Source: Pseudomonadota bacterium (GTDB lineage: Bacteria; Pseudomonadota; Alphaproteobacteria; Caulobacterales; Caulobacteraceae). From it: a stretch of 64,000 nucleotides of DNA. Numbering within the stretch: position 1 is the first letter of the stretch; each line of letters begins with the position of its first letter. The translations under genes were made by a program, and so were the position numbers. The notes under the pieces were generated by a model. That model saw only the letters and a list, made by a program, of their open reading frames with translations, ran no database searches and was not told where the DNA came from. The DNA lies in contig JAZKHQ010000022.1 of the NCBI GenBank assembly GCA_040385285.1, positions 18,109-82,108 on the forward strand, written 5' to 3'. Positions 14,295 through 22,015 of this stretch are shown here, piece by piece.

Positions 14295-15011
14295 ATGCGC
14301 GCCGACACGCCAACCCTTGAGCAAGCCCGGGCCCTGCTCGGTCTCAACGGCCCGACCGGGCCGGAGACGGCGGCCGCGGCCTTCCGCGCGGCGGTCAAGG
14401 CGGCGCGCCCGGACCAGCCCGGCGGCGACGCCGAACACTTCCGCCAGATCATCGCCGCCTACCGTGTGCTCCAGGCCCGGGGTCTGCACCCCGCCCTGCC
14501 CGCGCCGAAACGCCGCCCCGCGCCTGCGCCCGTCGTCACCCTGACCCCGCTCGAAGCCATCGCCGGGGCGACGAAGACGGTCATGTATCGCCGCCGCAAG
14601 CTTCAGGTCCGCATCCCCGCCGGCCTGCGCTCGGGCGAGCATCTGCGTCTCCGGGACGCCGGCCAGGACGGCGCCGACCTCTATCTGCCGGTGCTGATCC
14701 GCGCGGCGGGCGGGCTGTCGGTGCTGGGCGCCGACCTGTTCATGACCGCGCCCGTCTCCGAGCGCGTGCTTCAGGACGGCGGGCGGGTCGAGATCGAGAC
14801 CCACGCCGGTTCCCGCACCGCCTGGGTCGTCGCCGGGCTGCAGTCGCCGGTGCGCCTGTGCCTGAAAGGTCTGGGCCTGCCTGCGCGCGGCGCCCGTCCC
14901 GCAGGCCGGCTGTTCGTCACCCTGACGCCCGCCGCCGACGCCCCCTCCGCCGCCGAGGACCTGCTGGCGCGCTTCACCCGGGTCTGGACGCCGGAGCGTC
15001 TGGCCGCGTAA
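14295..15011 (+). CDS. DnaJ-class protein: degenerate J-domain (RPD) plus DnaJ C-terminal domain
   Basis: ARALLGL...[18 protein letters not shown]-like helices; [17 protein letters not shown] and LKGLGLP C-terminal motifs. Confidence 0.8.
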   Translation: MRADTPTLEQARALLGLNGPTGPETAAAAFRAAVKAARPDQPGGDAEHFRQIIAAYRVLQARGLHPALPAPKRRPAPAPVVTLTPLEAIAGATKTVMYRRRKLQVRIPAGLRSGEHLRLRDAGQDGADLYLPVLIRAAGGLSVLGADLFMTAPVSERVLQDGGRVEIETHAGSRTAWVVAGLQSPVRLCLKGLGLPARGARPAGRLFVTLTPAADAPSAAEDLLARFTRVWTPERLAA

Positions 15012-15024
15012 GCCTTTTCGCGCC

Positions 15025-16116
15025 ATGTCGCACAACACCTTCGGCCATCTGTTTCGCGTGACCACCTGGGGCGAGAGCCACGGGCCGGCCATCGGCTGCG
15101 TCATCGACGGCTGCCCGCCCCTGATCCCCCTGACCGAAGCCGACCTCCAGCCCTGGCTGGACCGGAGGAAGCCCGGCGGCAGCCGCTTCGTCACCCAGCG
15201 CAATGAAAGCGACACGGCCCGCATCCTGTCCGGCGTCTTCGACGATGGGAATGGTCCGGTCACGACCGGCACGCCCATCGCCATCGAGATCCAGAACGAG
15301 GACGCCCGGTCCAAGGACTATGGCGAGATCGCCCGCGCCTACCGCCCCGGCCACGCCGACCTGACTTATCAGGCCAAATACGGCGTGCGCGACCATCGTG
15401 GCGGCGGCCGTTCCTCGGCCCGCGAGACCGCCATGCGCGTCGCCGCCGGGGCCGTGGCGCGGAAGGTTCTGGGCGACAGCGTCCGCATTCGTGCGGGCGT
15501 GGTCCAGTTGGGTCCGCATCGCATCGCACCCAACGCCATCGATTTCGAAGCCGTCTATGACAACGCCCTGTTCGCCGCCTCGGCCGACGTCGTCCCCGCC
15601 TGGGAGGCCTATCTCGACGGGGTGCGCAAGGCCGGTTCGTCCATCGGCGCCGTCGTGGCGCTGGAGGTCACGGGCGTCCCCGCCGGCTGGGGCGCGCCCA
15701 TCTATGGCAAGCTCGACGCCGAACTGGCCGCCGCCATGATGTCCATCAATGCGGTCAAGGGAGTCGAGATCGGCGCGGGCTTCGCCTCAGCTGAACTGTC
15801 GGGCGAGGACAACGCCGATGAAATGCGCCTCGGCCCCGACGGCGGCATCGTCTTCGGCTCCAACCACGCCGGTGGCGTGCTGGGCGGCATCTCGACCGGC
15901 CAGCCGCTGATCGCTCGCGTCGCCTTCAAGCCCACCTCATCCATCCTGACCCCGCGCCAGACCGTCACCCGCGACGGCACGGAAACCGACCTGCGCACCA
16001 AGGGCCGTCACGACCCCTGCGTCGCCCTGCGCGGCGTTCCGGTGGTCGAGGCCATGGCCGCCTGTGTGCTCGCCGACGCGATGCTGAGGCACCGGGCGCA
16101 GGTTGTAAGGAGCTGA
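15025..16116 (+). CDS. aroC: Chorismate synthase
   Basis: [30 protein letters not shown]. Confidence 0.97.
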   Translation: MSHNTFGHLFRVTTWGESHGPAIGCVIDGCPPLIPLTEADLQPWLDRRKPGGSRFVTQRNESDTARILSGVFDDGNGPVTTGTPIAIEIQNEDARSKDYGEIARAYRPGHADLTYQAKYGVRDHRGGGRSSARETAMRVAAGAVARKVLGDSVRIRAGVVQLGPHRIAPNAIDFEAVYDNALFAASADVVPAWEAYLDGVRKAGSSIGAVVALEVTGVPAGWGAPIYGKLDAELAAAMMSINAVKGVEIGAGFASAELSGEDNADEMRLGPDGGIVFGSNHAGGVLGGISTGQPLIARVAFKPTSSILTPRQTVTRDGTETDLRTKGRHDPCVALRGVPVVEAMAACVLADAMLRHRAQVVRS

Positions 16117-16119
16117 GCT

Positions 16120-16563
16120 ATGGGCGGCATCAATGCCAGAAGCGAACTCGCTGATGTCCAAGAGCTGGAGTACATCTGCTCTCAAATCAAGGAATGCAGT
16201 TCCCGACTTGACCGCGCCTATGAGATATTTATCCAACTTTGCGTCGCCATAGTTGGCGGAAGCATTTGGCTTAGCATCCAAGATGGAATTGAGCAGCAAC
16301 AGGCCTTGTGGTTTAGCTGGCTTTCAACCCTTGCCATGTTTGGACTTGCCAGTCTTTCCACGGCGATGATGCTGGGCCAGCTATTCGCGTGGCGGAGATT
16401 TCGAGTGACACTCTCGGATTTGCGCGGGCGGAATGAAGACGGCTCTCATCGAGTTGCGCTTCCTCCGAGGTTCCCGCTCGGCCTACATCACATGGCGATG
16501 ATCGTTTCTGTTTGGGCAATCGCTGTTGGATTTGCCCTCTTCAATCCATTCTTCCTCTCATAA
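16120..16563 (+). CDS. Low-GC hypothetical membrane protein (about 3 TM), probably horizontally acquired
   Basis: 147-aa ORF; about 52% GC in a sampled 60-nt line; many A/T-ending codons; hydrophobic segments. Confidence 0.65.
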   Translation: MGGINARSELADVQELEYICSQIKECSSRLDRAYEIFIQLCVAIVGGSIWLSIQDGIEQQQALWFSWLSTLAMFGLASLSTAMMLGQLFAWRRFRVTLSDLRGRNEDGSHRVALPPRFPLGLHHMAMIVSVWAIAVGFALFNPFFLS

Positions 16564-16575
16564 GCGTCCCCTTCC

Positions 16576-16592
16576 GTAACCGATACGGTTAC
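16576..16592 (+). promoter_or_regulatory. Palindromic putative operator upstream of pirin
   Basis: GTAACCG-ATA-CGGTTAC perfect inverted repeat about 60 nt before the start codon. Confidence 0.5.
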
Positions 16593-16653
16593 CTATATAT
16601 CCCCCGAACCGGCGCGCCCTATCGTGTGAGGCGCCCATGAGGGAGACCGCATC

Positions 16654-17349
16654 ATGATCGACGTCAGACCTTTCAGCAGCCTCGGCGGCGCGGACCACGG
16701 CTGGCTGAAGGCCAAACACCACTTCTCGTTCGCCGGCTACTACGACCCCGCCCGCATGAGCTGGGGCCGCCTGCGCGTCTGGAACGACGACGAGATCGCC
16801 GCCCAGTCGGGCTTTCCGCCCCACCCCCATTCGGACATGGAGATCATCACCTATGTCCGCACCGGCGCCATCACCCATGAGGACTCCATGGGCAACAAGG
16901 GCCGCACCGCCGCCGGCGACGTCCAGGTGATGAGCGCGGGCACCGGCGTGCGTCACGCCGAATACAATCTCGAAGACGAGACCACGACCCTGTTCCAGAT
17001 CTGGATCGAGGCCGACAAGCGTGGCGCGACGCCGTCGTGGGGCGCGCAGGTCTTTCCCAGGAGCGACCGGACCGGCAAGTTCTCGGTCCTGGCCTCGGGC
17101 GATCCGGATGACGGCGCCCTGACCATCAACGCCGACGCCCGCGTGCTGGGCGCGACCCTCAACGCGGGCGAAAGCCTGACCTACAGCCTCGGCGCCGGCC
17201 GCCACGCCTATCTGGTGCCCGCCGTGGGTGCGGTCGAGGTCAACGGCATCACTCTCAACGCCCGCGACGGAGCGGCCATCAAGGACGTGGCCGAGATCAC
17301 CGTCACGGCGAAAGCCGACGCCGAACTGGTGATGGTCGACAGCCTCTAG
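16654..17349 (+). CDS. Pirin family protein (YhhW-like)
   Basis: HHFSFAGYYD, PHPHSDMEIITYV, GVRHAEYN, LFQIWI. Confidence 0.93.
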   Translation: MIDVRPFSSLGGADHGWLKAKHHFSFAGYYDPARMSWGRLRVWNDDEIAAQSGFPPHPHSDMEIITYVRTGAITHEDSMGNKGRTAAGDVQVMSAGTGVRHAEYNLEDETTTLFQIWIEADKRGATPSWGAQVFPRSDRTGKFSVLASGDPDDGALTINADARVLGATLNAGESLTYSLGAGRHAYLVPAVGAVEVNGITLNARDGAAIKDVAEITVTAKADAELVMVDSL

Positions 17350-17391
17350 GGCGGCCTTCTCGGCCATGGCGGGGCGGGGTATGCACGGCGC

Positions 17392-18384
17392 ATGACCTCC
17401 GCCCCCCTGCCCGACGCCGGATCCAACTGGGTCGACCGCCACGCACCCGAGCCGCTGAAGCCCTGGCTCAAGCTCGGGCGCTTCGACCGGCCCATCGGCA
17501 TCTGGCTGTTGCTGCTGCCCGGCTGGCAGGGAATCGCGCTGGCGCTGGCGATGTATCGCAAGGCGCCGGACCTCTATGACGCCTGGCTGTTCGCCGGCTT
17601 CGCCATCGGCGCCTGCCTGATGCGCGCCGCCGGCTGCGCCTTCAATGACATCGTCGACCGCGACATCGACGCCAAGGTCGCTCGCACGGCGCTGCGTCCC
17701 ATACCGTCGGGCCGCATCAGCGTGAAGCAGGCCTGGGGCTTCGTGATCGGCTGCTCGCTGGTCAGCCTGCTGATCCTGCTGACCCTGAACCTCACCGCCG
17801 TGCTGCTGGGCGTCGCCTCGCTGGCGCTGGTGGCCATCTACCCCTTCATGAAGCGCATCACCTGGTGGCCGCAGGCCTGGCTGGGCCTGACCTTCAACTG
17901 GGGCGCGCTGATGGGGTTTGCAGCGGCCTTCTCGATGGCCGCGCTGACCGAACATCTGATGAGGCAAACGGGCTCGACCAACATCTATATCAGCCTGCCG
18001 GCCATCTACGCCCTCCCGGCCCTCCTCCTCTACCTCGGCGGGGTGTTCTGGACCCTCGGCTACGACACCATCTACGCGCTGCAGGACATTGAGGACGACG
18101 CCATGGTCGGGGTGAAGTCCTCGGCCCGGCGGCTCGGATCGGGCCTCCGCACCGGCGTTGGCGTCTTCTACGCCCTGGCCGGGCTGCTGGCGACCGCTGC
18201 GGGATATATGGCCGGCCTCGGCCCCCTGTTCTGGCTCGGCCTCGCCGCCTATGCGGGCCATCTGGCGCTCCAGACCCTGCGCATCCGCCGCGACGACCCG
18301 GCCCTCGCTTTGAAGCTGTTCAAGTCGAACCGCGACGCCGGCGTGATCCTGCTGGCCGCCATCGTCATGGGCGGGTTAAGCTGA
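17392..18384 (+). CDS. ubiA: 4-hydroxybenzoate polyprenyltransferase
   Basis: RFDRPIG, NDIVDRDIDAKVART, YDTIYALQDIEDD. Confidence 0.95.
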   Translation: MTSAPLPDAGSNWVDRHAPEPLKPWLKLGRFDRPIGIWLLLLPGWQGIALALAMYRKAPDLYDAWLFAGFAIGACLMRAAGCAFNDIVDRDIDAKVARTALRPIPSGRISVKQAWGFVIGCSLVSLLILLTLNLTAVLLGVASLALVAIYPFMKRITWWPQAWLGLTFNWGALMGFAAAFSMAALTEHLMRQTGSTNIYISLPAIYALPALLLYLGGVFWTLGYDTIYALQDIEDDAMVGVKSSARRLGSGLRTGVGVFYALAGLLATAAGYMAGLGPLFWLGLAAYAGHLALQTLRIRRDDPALALKLFKSNRDAGVILLAAIVMGGLS

Positions 18385-18410
18385 GGCGTTCCTCCCCCGG
18401 AGTTCCCGTC

Positions 18411-19241
18411 ATGTCCGCCGCCCGCCTTTTGCTTCTCTCCGCCGCCGTCGCCCTGACGCTCAGCGCCTGCAACCGCGACAAGGACAAGCCGGCGGCCCCG
18501 CCGCCCGTCGTCGTCACCGACGGCGCCGTCATCCCGGCCGACGCGGCCGCCCCCATGGGCTTCGAGCAGAAGACCGAGTTCGCCACGGTCCGCCTGACCC
18601 TGCCCGCCGCGATCAAGCCCCAGACCGACCTGCACGCCCGCATCTACGCCCAGGAGGTCCGCACCCTTCGTCAGTTCATGGAGGGAGCCCAGGCCGATCG
18701 CTCGGAGGCAGGCAGCGAGGAGGGCCTGCCCGCCTACGAAAAGACCGTCACCTTCCAGACCGCGCTCGAGACCGGCAAGCTGTTCAGCCTGCAGCGCGTG
18801 GATTTCGACTTCTCCGGCGGCGCCCACCCCAACACCGTCTCGACCGGCGTCCTGTGGGACAAGGCGCTGAAGCGGGTGCTGACCCCCGCCGATCTGTTCC
18901 GCAAGGGCGCGGACCTCTCGGTGCTGGACCAGGCCCTGTGCAGCGCCATCAACGCCGCCAAGCGCGCCCGCGTGCCGGATTCGGCCAGCGTGACCCTGGG
19001 CGAGGGCGACTTCTCCTGCCCGCTGGCCATCGACACGCCCTTCGTTCTCGCCCCCGGAACCACGCCCGGCAAGGCGGGTGGGCTGATCTTCCTGATCGGC
19101 CCCTATCAGGTCGGCCCCTATGTCGAGGGCGCCTATGAGATTGCCATTCCGGCCGCCATCTTCCGCTCGCTGCTGGCCCCCGCCTATGCCGACGAATTCG
19201 CCGGCCAGCCGGTGAAGGCGGGGGACGTCACCAAACCCTAG
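18411..19241 (+). CDS. DUF3298/DUF4163 (RsiV/PdaC-like) lipoprotein
   Basis: Lipobox LSAC; FSGGAHPN; PYQVGPYVEG. Confidence 0.8.
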   Translation: MSAARLLLLSAAVALTLSACNRDKDKPAAPPPVVVTDGAVIPADAAAPMGFEQKTEFATVRLTLPAAIKPQTDLHARIYAQEVRTLRQFMEGAQADRSEAGSEEGLPAYEKTVTFQTALETGKLFSLQRVDFDFSGGAHPNTVSTGVLWDKALKRVLTPADLFRKGADLSVLDQALCSAINAAKRARVPDSASVTLGEGDFSCPLAIDTPFVLAPGTTPGKAGGLIFLIGPYQVGPYVEGAYEIAIPAAIFRSLLAPAYADEFAGQPVKAGDVTKP

Positions 19242-20173
19242 TCCGCCAGGAACCGATCCACGATCTCGCCGAACCGCTCGGGCTGGTCGGCCATGATGAA
19301 GTGGCGGCTGCCGTCCACCCGGATCAGGGTCACGCCCGGCAGGCGCGCATACTCCCGGCCCCACATCGCGTCGGCCATCGCGGCGGGCGCGCCGCCGTCG
19401 GCGTCCGAGGCGTATACAGCCCAGACCGGCGTGGTCATGGCCGCGAGGCCGGGCCGGGTGTCGGTGGTCATCACATCGCGGATCGCCGCGGCCATGGCGT
19501 GGCGGTCGGAGGCCACTGACCACTCGACCATCGCCGCCTGCGTCGCCGGGGTGTTGCTGTAGCCGACGGCGGCCTGTGCCTGACCGGCGCGGAAGCCCGC
19601 GTCGTCGGCGGCGAGAATGCCTGCCGCCGCCTGATCGGCGAAGGGCGCGGCGCTCTGGGCCGTCACTTGCGGCCCGTAGAGGGCGCTGAAGAACGGCAGG
19701 CTGTCGACGCTCATCACCCGGCCCACCAGCTCCGGATGCTGTTGCGCCAGCATGACGGCGCTCAGCCCGCCCATGGAGTGGCCGATCACCGCCGGATGCT
19801 CCAGTCCGGCCTGTTCCACATAGTCCGCCAGGGCGTCGACCGCCGGCTGGACGAACGGCCCGTCGCCGTGGCTCCACGGCTCGCCGGCGAAGCCCGCGAG
19901 CTGAACCAGATGCACCCGATGCGTGGCCGCCAGTCGCTCGGCCAACGGACGCCAGACATCGCGCGAGGAGCCGAAGCCGGGGATCAGTATGACGTCGGGG
20001 CCGGTCCCGATCACCACGACCGACAGGCGGTCGGAGGTGAAAGCCGTCTGCACGGCGGCGACAGGCTCGGCGCGGACGGCCAGGGCGATGCTCCCGGCGG
20101 CGAGGCCGACGGCCGAGGCCAGGAACAGGGCGCGCAGGGTCGAGCGCCCGACGAAGTGGCGGAGATGCAGCAT
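19238..20173 (-). CDS. Exported alpha/beta hydrolase
   Basis: GHSMGG nucleophile elbow, LIPGFGS oxyanion loop, SRHFIM; N-terminal signal peptide. The longer track ORF is a read-through of the upstream gene. Confidence 0.88.
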   Translation of the reverse strand: MLHLRHFVGRSTLRALFLASAVGLAAGSIALAVRAEPVAAVQTAFTSDRLSVVVIGTGPDVILIPGFGSSRDVWRPLAERLAATHRVHLVQLAGFAGEPWSHGDGPFVQPAVDALADYVEQAGLEHPAVIGHSMGGLSAVMLAQQHPELVGRVMSVDSLPFFSALYGPQVTAQSAAPFADQAAAGILAADDAGFRAGQAQAAVGYSNTPATQAAMVEWSVASDRHAMAAAIRDVMTTDTRPGLAAMTTPVWAVYASDADGGAPAAMADAMWGREYARLPGVTLIRVDGSRHFIMADQPERFGEIVDRFLAD

Positions 20174-20192
20174 GACGATGTGTCCTTGGGGT

Positions 20193-20208
20193 GTAAGGTT
20201 ATACTGAC
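20193..20208. promoter_or_regulatory. Putative XRE operator, site 3
   Basis: GTAAGG-TTAT-ACTGAC matches the two upstream sites (GTMAKG-N4-MCTKAC). Confidence 0.55.
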
Positions 20209-20214
20209 TTGCCG

Positions 20215-20412
20215 TCAGCGATGCGGGTTCTCGAAGATGTCCTCGACCGGCTGGCCGAAGACGGCGGCGATGCGATAGGCGAGGTCCAGCGACGGGTCGT
20301 GCTTCTCGGTCTCCAGCGCGTTCACCGCCTGGCGCGACACGCCCAGGGCGTCGCCCAGCTGTTCCTGGGTCCAGCCCTTGCCGGCGCGCAGGACTTTCAG
20401 GGTGTTCTTCAT
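20215..20412 (-). CDS. XRE-family (HTH_3) transcriptional regulator
   Basis: MKNTLKVLRAGKGWTQEQLGDALGVSRQAVNALETEKHDPSLDLAYRIA; start overlaps the stop of the upstream gene. Confidence 0.92.
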   Translation of the reverse strand: MKNTLKVLRAGKGWTQEQLGDALGVSRQAVNALETEKHDPSLDLAYRIAAVFGQPVEDIFENPHR

Positions 20413-20816
20413 CAGCGGCTGCTCCGGATGAAGGGCGCGACGACGCCGAAGCAGGCCCAGAACAGCGGGTAGACGATCCATGCCGGGATGTGCGGCGCGT
20501 CGGCGTAGCTCTCACCGAAACCCCAGACGGTGGCGATGGCCATGGCGAGGCCGGCGGCAAGGATGAACTGCTTGGCGATCACCGCCCGCACGAACTCATC
20601 GGAGTCCCGCATCAGCGACAGGGTGGCCCAGATCTGGCCCACCACGGGCGCCGAGACGGTCAGCGCCAGACCCCAGGCGGCGGGGGTGGAGGCGATGTCG
20701 TCGAAGGCGCCGAAGATGGCCGCGACATTGACCGCCACATAGCCGGACATGAAGGCCATGGTGCGGAAGACGTATTTGCGGCCGGCGGTGGTGTTCTGTT
20801 TTCCGAGGGTGAGCAT
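20412..20816 (-). CDS. Small multi-pass membrane protein co-transcribed with the XRE regulator
   Basis: About 4 hydrophobic segments, SDEF-R motif; translationally coupled to the HTH gene. Confidence 0.8.
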   Translation of the reverse strand: MLTLGKQNTTAGRKYVFRTMAFMSGYVAVNVAAIFGAFDDIASTPAAWGLALTVSAPVVGQIWATLSLMRDSDEFVRAVIAKQFILAAGLAMAIATVWGFGESYADAPHIPAWIVYPLFWACFGVVAPFIRSSR

Positions 20817-20837
20817 GTGAGGCGTTCCTGACGTTTT

Positions 20838-20880
20838 GTAAGGACTACCTTACTCGCTGTATTTGTCATGTCAACCTGAC
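20838..20880. promoter_or_regulatory. Putative XRE operator, sites 1 and 2
   Basis: GTAAGG-ACTA-CCTTAC (20838-20853, perfect palindrome) and GTCATG-TCAA-CCTGAC (20865-20880). Confidence 0.6.
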
Positions 20881-20965
20881 TTTTTGTCAGGAGTGGAAAA
20901 CATTCCAAACCTGACGGCCCACGCACGGCGGTCGCGTCCTTTGGAAAACGCGTTATCTTGCCGCC

Positions 20966-21907
20966 ATGCCCGCCGCGCCCCGCATATCGCCGACCGCCCT
21001 GTTCTCTCAGGACGACTGGGCGCCCTTCCAGGAACGGTCCCGCGCCGCGGGCCCGTGGCTGGTGCTGCATTGCTGGGGCGTGATCGGACTTACCATGGCG
21101 GCGGGGGTCGTCTGGCCGATCCTGATCCCGCTGTGTGTCGCCGTCATCGGCACGCGCCAGCTGGGCCTCGCCATCCTGATGCATGAAGCGGCGCACGGCG
21201 GCCTGTCGTCGAACCGCTCGCTGAACGACTGGCTGGGCCACTGGCTGTGCGCCGTGCCCGTGGGCGCGGATATGAACCAGTACCGGCCCTATCACCTGTC
21301 GCACCACAAGTATGCGCAGCAACCCGAGGACCCGGACCTGGTCCTGTCGGCGCCCTTCCCCGTCACCCCCGCCTCGCTGCGGCGCAAGATCATCCGCGAC
21401 CTGACCGGCCAGACCTTCTTCAAGCAGCGGGTGCTGTTCGCGTTGCGCTCAAGTAGCCCGACGGGCGATAGCGCGAAAGAGAATGTCGAGGGGGCCGTGG
21501 TCACCGGCAAGTCGGTCGCGCCCTTCCTGTTGTTCAACGCCGCCCTGCTGATCAGCCTGACCCTGGCCGGGTTCTGGTGGGCGTATTTCGTCCTGTGGCT
21601 GCTGCCGCTGGCGACCTGGTTCCCCATGGTCACGCGCATCCGCAACATCGCCGAGCACGCCTGCGTCGAGGGCTCGGCCGACGACGCCTTCCGCGCCGCC
21701 CGCACCACCCGCGCCAACTGGCTGGAGCGCGCCTTCATCGCCCCCTACTGGGTCAATTTCCACGCCGAGCACCACCTTTTCATGCACGTCCCCTGCTGGC
21801 GGCTGGCGAGGCTGCACAAGGCCGTGCGGGCCAAGGCTGAGGGTGAGCGGATGGAGGTGGCGGGGGGTTATGGCGCTGTTCTTCGCGGGGTCACGCGGCA
21901 GGCATAG
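20966..21907 (+). CDS. Membrane fatty acid desaturase family protein
   Basis: Three His boxes: HEAAH, HLSHH, HAEHH. Confidence 0.9.
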   Translation: MPAAPRISPTALFSQDDWAPFQERSRAAGPWLVLHCWGVIGLTMAAGVVWPILIPLCVAVIGTRQLGLAILMHEAAHGGLSSNRSLNDWLGHWLCAVPVGADMNQYRPYHLSHHKYAQQPEDPDLVLSAPFPVTPASLRRKIIRDLTGQTFFKQRVLFALRSSSPTGDSAKENVEGAVVTGKSVAPFLLFNAALLISLTLAGFWWAYFVLWLLPLATWFPMVTRIRNIAEHACVEGSADDAFRAARTTRANWLERAFIAPYWVNFHAEHHLFMHVPCWRLARLHKAVRAKAEGERMEVAGGYGAVLRGVTRQA

Positions 21908-21947
21908 GCCGAGGCGGAAAGCGGACCTTCCTGACGCTCAGTTCACG

Positions 21948-21987
21948 CAGCAAAAAGCCGGCGGGGGTGATGCGCCCCCGCCGGCCT
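21948..21987 (-). terminator. Terminator of autotransporter 1; exact 40-nt copy at 38520-38559
   Basis: Stem GCCGGCGGGGG/CCCCCGCCGGC with a T5 tract on the minus strand. Confidence 0.88.
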
Positions 21988-22015
21988 CTTTGGTTTCAGT
22001 GGAAGTTCAGTGTGA

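Noticed and set aside
19238-20560. 440-aa fusion of regulator region and hydrolase (track ORF); likewise the upstream-extended ORFs at 45828, 47479, 49852 and 58557
   Set aside because: The extensions overlap real genes in other frames. Downstream starts with a signal peptide or stop-start overlap fit better.
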